Origin: Epithemia pelagica
Taxonomy: Eukaryota > Protista > Bacillariophyta
DNA length: 64,000 nt
Direction of reading: 5' to 3'
Assembly (NCBI GenBank): GCA_946965045.2
Contig: OX337232.1
Span: 868,001-932,000 of the forward strand
The position numbers and the translations under genes were made by a program. Positions 45,001 to 56,782 of the stretch are shown here, piece by piece; position 1 is the first letter of the stretch; each line of letters begins with the position of its first letter. The notes under the pieces are model-generated. The model saw only the letters and a program-made list of their open reading frames with translations, searched no databases and was not told where the DNA came from.

Positions 45001-46955
45001 GATACAAAAAATAGACAAATCAATGCAACAAGTTGGCAAGTCGATGCATTTCAAGACCAACATTGAGGAACCAATTACAGAATCAGATCAAGAAGTAATG
45101 ATTGTTGATGGTCCCGTCGGGAAGGATATTAAGGAACGCCTTCAGATGAGCGAGCGTAATCCATTGCTCACAACGGTACTAGATGTGCTTACAGAATCAG
45201 AGGACTACAAGAAGGCACATCCCAAGGACAAAATCGTACAGGCTCGAGTGGAATGTATTTCTTGTCCTTTGATGGCACACCAAGATCATGTATCACTTGA
45301 TATTCCATCAAAGCATTGCCTTCGTCATTATTTTGGTCCTTCCTCAACTGCCTGCTGGTTGCCCGACATTCTGATCCATTCTTTTGGTTTGCTATGTACT
45401 CATAGAAACCACCACGACAACATGATTTTCTACGATGTTGCCCAGATTGTGAGCGCAAAAGATATGGAGTCTTTAAAAGATGCTGTTGGGAGACCCTCAA
45501 GTCTCCTTCAAGACAATCCCAAAGTCAATGAAATAATTGTATTGGCAACTGGGAATAGACACTACGTTGTACTCCAACTTTTGGTTGAGCAGAAACATTG
45601 TGTCGTATACGATGGAATGCGAACAACAAATATGAGGGGATGGTCTGATGTCACCAAAATGCTATTTTGGAAGTTTGGCATCCACAAGATGTCGAACATG
45701 GATGCTGTGTCTGTCGTTGAAAAACTGGACACATTGGCTCCAAATAGAAATTGGAGCATCTCACAGGACCCCAAGATTTGTGGTTTACAACACGATAGTC
45801 ACTCTTGTGGCCCCATAGCTATGCTCATCATTACAAGTCTTTTTCACACAGCCAAGGATAAAGGAAGCATGCATCTCTCTCAATTTCATCCTGGAAACAT
45901 GAACAAACAACAGTGGCGAGAAAATGTCTCGAATCTTTTCAAGACATATATCGGTTTTGCATGGGGGAATCTATATTCCCAAAAGATTATTCCACTGGAA
46001 CAGCGAAGGAATATCTACGACTTCCATGTGGGGGAACAATGCAACAACTTTTTGGATGAAAAAAGCATTACCCGCAAGAAAGCGCCTTCCAATTCTGAAC
46101 AACCTTCCAATTCTGAAGCCCCCACAGAAGATCAGAGCACCACTGTTCCCCTCCGTCGCTCTGCTCGCAATCTTTCGAAAAGGTGAGTATCGTTGTTCAG
46201 ACCCTTACTCATACATAAATAATAGTTTGTTCTGATCAAGAAGAAGTGATGATTTTGAGATTGTGGATGATGTACAGCTACGTATGGAAGAACGCAACTC
46301 GAAGACTGAACAAAGGCGTAATGATCAGTCTTACCAGGCTAGCAAAATGATCCATATGAACCAAAGGCCGTGGTTTTCAGTTAACATCGGAGACCCAGTG
46401 GCTTTTTTCCCCGATGGAAGAGACAGAGCGACCCACTCAAGGCTAGGTATTCATTGCCTTGTCATTGGAGTTTCTAGAGGAAGCTATCCTTCTATAAGAG
46501 TAATGATCCCAGAAGGAATTATTGGAGACAAGAAATCGAGAACGTCAACTTGGTTCCCACATGACAGATATAATGTGATGCATCCGTCATCTCCCTTGGG
46601 AACAGAACGTAGGAAAATACAGACTCAGATTTTGAATCAGACCTTTGATTCTAGAAGCTACCCTATAATTCCTGTACGAGAAGCACATAGAGTGACATAT
46701 AGCAGTCAACGATCAATCAAGAAGAAACAACCTATGCTACAAAATCGAAAAGTAAAATGCAGTTGTAAAAGACTTGGAATACAATGTTCCACAGATAATT
46801 GCGGATGTCGAAAAGCGGGGGTCGTGTGTTCACATCACTGCAAATGTCTTGATGGCCAATGCATGAACAGGCGAATTCATGGGACAATATTGCCTGGCAA
46901 TGATCCGAATTCCATGACAGGGAGTGACGTTCCAAAGAACCGCCCCACAGTATGA
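42061..46955 (+). pseudogene. A2 transposase polyprotein (H2C2 zinc finger, rve DDE, heptad repeats, Ulp1, intron 46183-46240, CXC); stops at 42580, 43105 and 44699, frameshift near 43497
   Basis: KHIETGH...CPQC; QADLIE, QSDNGPE, QGSVE; Ulp1 and CXC as in A1 and A3. Confidence 0.85.
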
Positions 46956-48666
46956 TTGCTGCTTCCATCACGAGATTTTGAACGTTCATGTCGAAATGTG
47001 CAATGGCGCACAACCCCTCCGTCAAACAATATGGTTATGCCATGTGTAAGTTTGATAACCAGACCATTGTACGAACGGCCATTGACTCGGAGCAAAATAT
47101 CTGGAAATACAAAGTACCAATCTGTAGTGGAATGTGGCGTAGTCTCTGCAAATGTAACAATACACACACTGGCATCGTTGACATCAACGTGTGACGCATT
47201 TTCCAAATCAACACTAATCATCCATTCGCACCACCAAATTCCTCAGGAATCGTAATGCCAGATTGCTTACGCAAACTCTGAAAAAGAGATCGCACACCTG
47301 GGTATTGTTGGTCAGCCAATTCAGCAACTCCAAGACATACGGACTTGACATAATCTTTTAGCTTGTTGTTGTCTGGCAATGAAATACACTTGTTCGTCCG
47401 TTTATAGCGATCAAACATGACACCATACCCATTCATTTGTCCATAATCACCTGCATTTCGACGCGCATTCCCACGTGATGATAATGTCGTATCTCTAACG
47501 ACCTCGTTCAAAGCTAGTGACAAGTCTTGGTACAAGTTGTCGGAAGACTTCAAGAAAGATACGACAATGTTTGATTGGCCTGTTGGGCGTTTATTTGTAT
47601 CCAATATTGTGGTCTGAAAGGCATAAATCATTCTCTCTTTTGAACGTGGATCGTGTACATAGGCTGTGGAATCGTGCAAATTCTGATAAAGAGCTTGAGG
47701 AACATAACGATGACATCGGACCTTGTTGGAACGTGACCGTTCAAATAGGGCCCGATAAAAAAGACGTCTGTTACACACTCCTGTAATAATGTTAGTACCA
47801 AAATAATCAGGAGGGAGCAAAGGAGTGTCGTCATCAGCGTCATGAAACTGAATACTGTGAACAACCTTGGGATTCTTCATGCCCGTGATGTGATTGACCG
47901 TCCACACTTGGTTGATTTTCTTGATAAAGCTTCCCAATGCAGGCTGGCCTGTTTTGTAAACTATCCGGAGCCACGAAATTGGCAGAGGTACAAGGGATGA
48001 AGTAGTGATTGTGCTCCCAATACCACTCTGTACCTCACTGAAAATTCTCGTTGGATCAGAAACAAAGGCAGAAGTCCAAAAAACAGATGTGTACGGGAAT
48101 ATGATAATAAGTGTACGGAAAATATCGTCGAACTGATCGGAACAGAGTTCTCTGGAGGTACGGGTTCTATGAACCAATTCGTAATAGGGGGACTCATCTG
48201 GAATGCGTGGCTTTTTGTGTGTACGGGACAATACGCAGTCAACCAAGAAGGCATCATGCAATTCATGAGTCAATTGCAGGGATACAGCTTCTTGAATTCG
48301 GAGAGAATGTTGACCTGGTATGGAGCTGGATGTTGATTGTAAATCAGATAGAGCCTGCCGAATATGGGGAATCAAGATGATGGGGATATCAGGTACAGAT
48401 GATCTGACAGATGGGTGTGGAAAATGCTGGTTCAGTTGTTGTGTGCATTGACGCACAAAGATGACTTGGAGGAAGGATGGTAGACAGAGGGATACCATCT
48501 CTGTCAGAAGAAGATTGAAATTGTCCGTGTCAAAACAAAACAGTTCACGTTTGACAGGGTTGCGAACACTCTGGTACACATGAATGATTCCTGGAGGGCG
48601 GTTTATTCGGTTGGGGTTTCTCTTATGTTTGATCAAAGGCTTCGTCTTCTTGTTAGCCTGAGACAT
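46877..48666 (-). pseudogene. Putative TET/JBP-like dioxygenase, copy A2 (one frameshift at ~47220)
   Basis: ORF 47218-48729 (ATG 48666) plus 46877-47221. About 16 nt shorter than B just before ISVDLEN. Confidence 0.6.
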
Positions 48667-48948
48667 GGTTGATTGTTCTGGAAGCAGCAATGGATGGAAA
48701 AGGAGTAGTGTCGCTGTGAGGGATAACATATAGGATGTTGAACGATGAGGATGTTGGATGAAGATCTAGGGGTTGAGGTTATCCGTGACTGAACCCGACA
48801 AATCAAATGGTCGCAGAAACATACAATCATTTGTTCCGACAAATGATTGCATTGCATTCAAATGTCTTTTGCACTCAAATGACGTGTAACAGATCCGCCA
48901 GTTCTGCCCTTCCAACAACACCACCCTTATATGCGAACCGCCCGCTTA

Positions 48949-49376
48949 GGGGGTATGTTATCGGGCGCGCGGAGCATGTGCGGAGCATGATATGGGCGGA
49001 GAAAGGCCAATCCAACCCGGATATAAAGCTTTCCTCCGCAAAATTTACATGCGGAGTGCGGGTGGAGCAAGGTTGGAAGCAAAATCACGCGCCCACACCC
49101 ACACACCACACACCACACACCACACACCACACACTCAATGCGTCGAACAGTCGAAGTCTTCCGATGATGGATTTATCATGGACAAAAGAGACGACAGAGT
49201 CTATCTAGGCACTAGTATTGTAGACAAGTACATATAGTCGGTCAACTGTTGCTGCCTTGGTCTTTCGGAGTCTTTTCCATCCACCAGGAGGTTGTGTTTC
49301 CATAGAGCATGGAAATTGACGTGTCTTTCCATCATGAGCTCGTAGGGCCAACAGAACAACTGGTGAAATATACAAT
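48949..49376. mobile_element. Left part of the Harbinger MITE, cut by a duplication breakpoint
   Basis: Matches 5140-5560, then switches to sequence matching 31105 onward. Confidence 0.8.
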
Positions 49377-49726
49377 TGTACCTGTCATGTGGGAACCAAG
49401 TGGATGTTCTGGCTTTCTTGTCCCCAATAATCCCCTCAGGGATTATTACTCTTACGGATGGGTAGCTTCCTCTAGAAACCCCAATAACAATACACTGAAT
49501 ACCAAGTCTTACTACGTCAGTCAAAGTTCGTAAGACAACGACATACCTGCGTTTCGGTGGTTCTGGCAAGGTCTAGATCTGTTGGATCTGACATGACATG
49601 GTTTTGATGATGCTGGACTTTGGTGCAATCCGATTAATGAAGTGAAAAGGGTATCCCCTACTCCCTAGCGCTAACGCATGCTTCCCCTAAAGTGCCGAGA
49701 TCTGTTACTCAACATTTGGAGCAAAA

Positions 49727-49966
49727 TGAATAAAAACTGACGGCCAGACGCAATATACGGCTTGCAACAATCAAACTATCAGAAATTATGGTAACTAAAC
49801 TAGGGGTGCCCTTTGGGGGCAAATCGCTCACGTAGGGGCCAAACAGCGACCACGGTACCCACTAGCGAATACGCAACTAGGGGCCGGGCGATGCCAGGCG
49901 ATGCGTAGCGAGGCATGGCGAGGCCCTTCGTAGGTTACAAAGGGGGCGCCCGTGATTATTTATTCA
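49727..49966 (-). repeat. 3-prime LTR of Copia-2
   Basis: Appears identical to 56783-57022. Confidence 0.92.
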
Positions 49967-50090
49967 GTCCCCGCCAACAAAATCGGGGTGGGAAACTTCG
50001 TTAAGTTCGTCATGTCAGCAGAGGCCGGTCCAGTACGTCGGACTATTCTTCAAAAGGGGCGATCCCATTTTGGATCTAAAAAGGGGTCTG

Positions 50091-53000
50091 CTACCACATG
50101 ATACGTTGGGCCAGGAATTGCAATCGAGGTCCGGGTAGCAGTTTGGTTAGGATATCGGCAAGATTCGTTTCACCTTCTTCCCATGCAATGCGCACAAGTC
50201 CAGCAGCTTGCGCTTCACGAGTCCGATGATAAGCAATTGCGTTGTGCTTCTTCTTTAGGACTGATTCCGGCTGCGTCGAGTTCTTAAACACAGATTCATT
50301 GTCGCAAAACACATTCGTCTCTCCATCCAACGGGATACCCATCATTCGCAACTTATAACGAAATGCTTCAATCATTTCAATGGCAGTTTTCATCGCCACG
50401 AACTCACTGCCAAATGTAGACGTCTCAACAGTGTTTTGTCGTTTTGAATACCACATGATCGGTGCTCGTTGCAAGAACAGTAGGACTCCTGTTTGAGAGC
50501 GCCGTGTGACACGACATCCAGCATGATCAGCATCGACAAAGCAAGTCGTGGTGACAGCGTTTCCACGCGGTGCTGGTGCGTTTGGCGGAATCGGCTCGGC
50601 AGCATCAGGATAATACTCAGACCAATCCGGTCGGGTAAAACGTGACTCGTCGAAGTCAGGGGTTGTGTCGTCGAACACAATGGCGGATTTATCGTACTTC
50701 TTCAGATACGCGAAGATGTGCAACGTTTGCTCGAGATGTCCTTCTCGTGGATTCGCCATAAAACGGGACATATGGGAGACTGCGGTTGTAATGTCGATAC
50801 GACCGAGTTCAACAATCCAACGGAGAATACCGATCAGTCCTTGGTAATAGTTCGCACGTCTTGCGTCAAGTTCAGGAGTCGCATCCAATTCCGGGCGATA
50901 TCCATCGGCGATCGGCGTCGTCACTTTTGACTTCAGCTTTTCTCCGGATTTCTCCAGTTCCGTTTCGACTTCGGCAAGAGCACGCTTACAATACTTGTCA
51001 GCGGACATGGCCCAACGATCACGGTTCGACGGATCTTGCGTGTCGGGTATGGTATAACGCCGTATTTCGGATCCCAAGTATTCGTCTGGCGGTTTGATAC
51101 TGTCGGGCTTGATCGTATAGCGCCTCTGCAGGTCCTGCATCACGGTTTTGGGATCATGACTAACAATCAGCAATACTGGAACCCATCAGATGGTCGAGTG
51201 TTCGCTCGAAGCCATACATCCGGATCAGCTTGACACATCTTAAAACCCATATCGCGGAGCGTTGCGGCGATGTGATCACGCCACCTTGCGGCAGAACTTT
51301 TGAGACCATATAATGCGCGCACTATCAGTGCAGGTTGTCCAACCTTATCTGGTCCAAATTCAAGTCCCGCGGTGGTATAGGTCTTCTCTTTAGTTGGTGC
51401 GTTGAGATATGCATTTTGCACGTCCCCGACGAGAACATCTAGACCATTTAGTGCAGCGATAGTAAAAGCAATGCGTACGCTATCGCGAGATACCACACTA
51501 GAATAGGTCGATTCTTTGGGTGGATCAGTTTTGTGGCCTCCGGCCACTAACCGTGCTTTTCGTCGCAGGTCTGATTTGATATCAAAAACCATATGACAGG
51601 GAATATGCTTGTATCCAGAAGGCACTTCGCCATCAGCTGGAAATTCGAAAGCAATGCCAACGTTCTTCATTTCTTTCTCAATGGCCTTGCGCCAGAAGTC
51701 AGTCCCCGTTCGGCGGTCAATCGCCAGGGCTTCTTCTACAGAGTGGGGCAACTCAATGCCATACTTGTGCGTTCGCTTCCAATAACGTGACTTTACCTTT
51801 TTGATAATGCGGTCTCGTTTGCGAAGTGCACGTGGCACCCACTATGCGAACGCAGGCTCTTTTGCGATGCCAGTGGATACTGCGTATTCGGCGGCTTCAA
51901 TCATATTTCCATTCTTGACGTCTTTGAGCGGCAGCTAAACAGTCGATTGATCGGACAGTTCACATTGCAATTCCCAGCCTTTCGTTGTGTGGTGTGATGT
52001 GCCGTCAAGGAACGATGCGTCTGTTCGCTTAACTGCGGTCTCATCACTGCGGTGACCCACAATGGCTTTCAATGTGTTGAACGCATTGCCCTCCGGGTCA
52101 ACTTGCGAATACAGATTCTCTGCGATCATATTGGTTGCATACGACTCGACCGATCCATCCGGAAACTGTACGTCGTAGTACCGGGTATCAAGGATTGGGT
52201 TTGCGTCGCGCTGACCAATAGGTCGCCCATGAGCATCTTTCGTGCGTCCCATGATTTTCGCTCGAGCGCTTTCACCTCCTTGCTGCAGCATGACTTCAGC
52301 GGTGAGATATTCGTCTAGTTCCTCCGGCGTGTACGCGTCGGATTCCAGGGCTTCGGCCTCTGGGAACAAGGGCTCTAGAAGTTCACCTTCGTCAAAGAGG
52401 TCTGGGGGTGGATCGCTCTCAGTTGTGCCATCAGATGGCGGCTCTTTCATTTGCGTTTGAATAGCGGCATCATAGTCCAACAACTGCTGATGAATCGTCG
52501 GATTCTTCAGGTCGTCTTCCGGAATGGCCCACACATCTTTCCGTGTGACATGATTGCCTTCTTGCGTTAGGATTTCATAGGCCATATCATCGATGCAATC
52601 ATCGGCTAAGCCCAGCCATCGGCCAATCAGTCTTTTTTCGAAGGGAAACTGTGCCATGGGCATGCGATAATACACCGGCTGATAGAATTGGAACATGGCT
52701 AATGGAGAGATGTCTGGCGTTGAGCCAATTACATGCTCGAACGGTGTACGTCCATCTAATTCAGGGATTTCGGATGCCGTGAGTTGCCGTACGTGTGAGC
52801 ACCATTTAAGAGCATAGCTCCATAAACGTCGTGGTGCGCCGGTCGTCCTCATAATTTTGACAACTCCCTTTTTTAGTTCACGAATGCTCGCTTCGGCAGC
52901 GTTCTGCCATGGACTATAAGGAACCGTTTTCTCCATCTTTATGCGGTACTCGTTGCATATTTCACGGGACTTCCCTAGGAACAATTCTCGGGCACCATCA

Positions 53001-54988
53001 GATACCATTGTTTGGGGAATCCCTACATTGTGAATCAAAGACATCAATCCTTCAGGATGTTGCTTTTTCAACTTCCAGGGATATACGTGGTCGAATCTTT
53101 TGCCGTCTGTAAAGATCGAGGCGCCCGTGTCCCCGTTCAGTGATACTTCCTTGGCAAACATCTCGTCCGAGAACCAACGGCCTTTCACACTGGGGAATTT
53201 GAGCCACGGTGCCTTTTTACGGACCTTACGCTCAGATGGGATTAATACGTTTCGTACTCCAGCCTGCGTCGTCACCTTAAGCGTGTTCTTCGCTTTGGGT
53301 AAACCAATGCCCCAACGTTGTGACAGTATGGCTGCGTCAAGCACTCCCTTTCCAGCAGGATCGGCTGGGGAAGACTCGTTAGCAGTCTTGATCATGTACA
53401 GCCGACGTTCACGTTTGTCCTCCGGGACTACATCAGGCTCCTCCTTTTCTGGATGAACAGTGACCGTCGCTATCAAGCGTTCGTACAGGTCGTCGCCATG
53501 TGCGTCGGCGTCCAGATCTGGTGATGGGTTGGCAAAAGCATGCTGGTACGTTCGCACTGCTTTGATGAGTCGTGGAATGGAGGATGCGGCAATCGAATTC
53601 TGATCGCCATTGCGAACGACAGTAGCGGCAGCTACACCCAGTTTCTCCTCCGCGTCCGCAAAGGCGGCAGAACGAGGTTACCATGGGCTATCGGCAGTTA
53701 GCACAACTTGTGGCAAGTGCTCCAGCTCGTCAGAAGTGGGTTTGCGAGTGGCAAAACCACTTATCACACCAGCCATGGTGAGAGGGATGGTGAGATCGGC
53801 ATCCGGTACGTGGATACTATGCGTGCTGTGCGGGTCAAACTGTTTAGGTACGTCGTTGACAACGATGCCATGGGCACGCATCTGGTTCGGACAGAGTAAC
53901 GAACTGCCCATACGGTCCCCTAAAAACAATGCTTGGTGGATAACAAGCAAGTAAGACTGGTTTTCGCTGTCAGTCCAGACAGTAGCAACAGTCGCAATAG
54001 GGACATTGGTCAGCGGATTATATTCCTCCGCGAACGGATGCACACTGATATAGCGGTGGGCTTCGGAGATCATTGCGAAGTCTCTTCCCACGGCACAGGT
54101 GTCCGCGTGTGAGTCCAACTCACAGGTGAGCTCAATGGTCTCAACACCATATTCGTCGGTGTTCATTGCACATAGACGATGTGCGAAACGTTTAGAATAA
54201 CTATAATGGGTGCCTACATGTGCATTCGATTGAACAATAAGATTCGTTTTATCAATTTTTACTGCTTCGGCAGCGGATACACAGGGCACACTCCATCAGG
54301 AGGAAGGAGACAGGTCGGCAGACTTGTCAGAGACATTCGGGTCACGGACATCGAATTCAAGATCGGCGGAATAACGACCGCATACATTACGCCTGCGCTC
54401 TGCGGCAGCCAATTGTCCATTGGCAAGCATAGTGTATTTTAAAGCTTCGTCGAACACTTCCGTGTGCTCGGCTAAGCGTTTGCATACATGGTACATTTGG
54501 CGCTCTTCACGTTCATAGCCTGACATTTTAGACCAGCGCCAAGACCAAATTGGACTATTGTGGACAATAGTGTCGATCTCTTCGCGGAAGCTTCCTTTGA
54601 GCATGCTTTGGTCATGCTTGGTAAGTGTGCGGACGTTGCGAGTCCCTTCAGCATACTTGCCTTTGACCGGTAGCGGCAGCTTCACAAAGATGTCGCCGTG
54701 TTCCGGGACTGGCGGGATGGTCATATGACTCATATCAGGACGTCCGTCCTCTTCCCATTGCCACATCGGTGGATAGGTCTCGTATTCCCCCATGGGGTAC
54801 GGATTTGACGGACGCAGATCCGGGTTCGTTCGGTTGCGCTTTAGCCTTATGCGCAAAACGTCCAAAGCTGTTGCCAGCTGAGGACTTTGCCGGTTGCGAA
54901 TCATCTTCGGATGATTTTGCAGGTGAGGCGGAAGCGCGGAACTTAGAGTGCTTGTCTGGCGACGGTACGTTGTCAACAGAGGAGTCAA
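50091..54988 (-). pseudogene. pol: Copia-2 pol (unknown N-terminal segment, PR, INT, RT, RNase H) with several stops and a frameshifting deletion removing the RT YVDD motif
   Basis: PR ELDSHADTC, INT VSDGA / PWQNAAE, RT LVAGGH / DVQNAYL, RNaseH FVDAD / FGSEF / CDN. TGG-to-TAG at 51935 and near 51841. Confidence 0.9.
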
Positions 54989-56363
54989 GCAAGCTCTCGT
55001 CTACTTCCATAATGACCGATACGTTGGTCTTAGCCTCCGGCTTAGCGTCTTCGTCAATGTCTACTGAGATTGCGTCCTCAGCAGTACTCCCATGCGACGT
55101 TTTCGATCTCTTCGACGATGCGTTGGAAGAGTCGTCTGTGGTGACGGATCCAAGCTTTCGCTTTTCTTTACGCTCTTTGCGAAGAGCCAGGACTTGTTTG
55201 CGTTCGTCCTCCGTCAGGTCTGCCCATTCGTCGGCATCGTAGTGACCAGCATGAAGGCGGTCCTTCTTCTTCTTGCTCTTTTTCTGATTGCGCCCTTTTC
55301 CCTTTCCTTTGCTTGGGGTGGTACCGGCAGCGGCGATCTTGCGAGAGTCGTCCTGCGTTTTGGTCTTTGCGGCACTGTGCACAGTCAAAAAGTATCGCTG
55401 GCACGCTTCGAAGTTCTCCAACTTCTCCTGGTCACCGTTGACGACGGTCTTGGCTTGGACGAGCGTCGGATCGGTGATCCCATTCATGAAATCGGTCACC
55501 TTTTTCGTTTCCGCGACCGTTTCGCCAAGCTCTTCCAGGGTGTTGTGCGCATGTTGGTGACAGTGGATGTAATCATGGAAGCGGTACTTCCCTCGTCCTG
55601 TAAACTTAGCATTTGCGATCTGCGCATAAGCCTGTTTCTTGCGCAGGATGCTCGCGGCTTGTCCAGTGGCTTGCCACTTGACAGTTAGGTAGGCCTCACG
55701 GCCGTCCTTCGATTTCGCATGCGTTTTCGCAAACGTCCATGCCAGGCCATCGTAGATGAGAGGGTAGTACAGCTCATACACTCTGCGTCGGTCGGCTTTG
55801 TACTGATCCCCCTCATGACGAGTGGTCGCGACTAGGTCGTCGTCAATGCAGTCGTAATCGGCGGCTAGTGCGTCGTCCGGTACGTCGGACTCCTCACGCA
55901 ATACGTAGGTGAGCGGCACTCCCGTTGTCGGATTGCGGTGCTGACCCAAGTACGTGCGCCACATTCCGTCGTGACGTTCCCAATCGGCGAGGTTCGTTAG
56001 CCTTTTGGGTGGTACTGGGTCATCCTGACCATCAGTGGTGGTGGCATTCGCGAGTTCCGTTACGCGTTTCATCCACTTGGTGATTACGTCACCAGTATGA
56101 CCACCAGCATCAAGGTTTTGACCACGGACAGAACGATATTCCAACCACATTTGGAAGCCAAGGAACTTCAGGTTGAACTGGTAGGGTAGAGTGACACCGT
56201 CGGGTAGGTTCTTGGCTAATGTCTTCAGCATGGGCTTTACTTCGTTGATGGGAAACTCAAGGAACTGATCCGTTGTTGTGAAGCCCTGTTGCGTTAGGTG
56301 CTCAACGGTGGCATTGTCGTAGCCACAACGGCCCAGTGCAGTACGGAAGGCATTTGCGGCCAT
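54735..56363 (-). CDS. gag: Copia-2 gag (542 aa)
   Basis: Open ORF after the PBS. GVPLTYVLRE, KDGREAY, ETKKVTDFMNGI, EWADLTEDERK motifs typical of diatom Copia Gag. Confidence 0.8.
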   Translation of the reverse strand: MAANAFRTALGRCGYDNATVEHLTQQGFTTTDQFLEFPINEVKPMLKTLAKNLPDGVTLPYQFNLKFLGFQMWLEYRSVRGQNLDAGGHTGDVITKWMKRVTELANATTTDGQDDPVPPKRLTNLADWERHDGMWRTYLGQHRNPTTGVPLTYVLREESDVPDDALAADYDCIDDDLVATTRHEGDQYKADRRRVYELYYPLIYDGLAWTFAKTHAKSKDGREAYLTVKWQATGQAASILRKKQAYAQIANAKFTGRGKYRFHDYIHCHQHAHNTLEELGETVAETKKVTDFMNGITDPTLVQAKTVVNGDQEKLENFEACQRYFLTVHSAAKTKTQDDSRKIAAAGTTPSKGKGKGRNQKKSKKKKDRLHAGHYDADEWADLTEDERKQVLALRKERKEKRKLGSVTTDDSSNASSKRSKTSHGSTAEDAISVDIDEDAKPEAKTNVSVIMEVDESLLDSSVDNVPSPDKHSKFRASASPAKSSEDDSQPAKSSAGNSFGRFAHKAKAQPNEPGSASVKSVPHGGIRDLSTDVAMGRGRTS

Positions 56364-56782
56364 GGTTCAAGGGTCGGATAAAGGGTAGGAGGGTAGTAGA
56401 AGGTCAAACGGATGGCAAGGGAAGGCTTGTTCTTGTGCAGAAATTTGCAATTGTGATGAGAGGAGCGAATTTCTGTGAGCCAACAATCTGCGAGTGAATC
56501 GGCGAGTAGTCGTCCGGCGATTCCGCGAGCGAGCGAGCTGGCGATCGGCGAATCCGCGAGTTGGCGATGGACTGTCCACGTGTACGAGCACGTGCACGGT
56601 ACGTTGTGCAGTCGCAAGTCACAAATTAGCGAGTGGGTCCCACAGTGACAGAAACAAGTCACAGAGATGACACAAGCGAGCGAGTGACGAAGCCGCTTAG
56701 CGCGAACACCTCTTGAGCGTTGATCAGGCGCTTGCCGTCCGGCGAACAGTGGGGGAACAACAGACAGATGGGTCTGATAAAC

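Larger units (their letters stand above)
31431..48891 (+). mobile_element. Complete Ginger-like DNA transposon, copy A2 (8670 bp without the nested LINE and one TSD)
   Basis: Left end tgttactcaacatttggagcaaaa. Right end (reverse) tgttacacgtcatttgagtgcaaaa. gatc at 31427-31430 and 48892-48895. Subterminal CATTTG repeats at both ends. Confidence 0.85.

Noticed and set aside
41900-46955. KDZ/Zisupton or Polinton identity for the Ulp1+CXC+dioxygenase element
   Set aside because: The catalytic core is rve type (H2C2 finger, QADL, QSDNGPE, QGSVE) with TGT ends and a 4-bp TSD. No KDZ-type transposase, polB or capsid genes are present.
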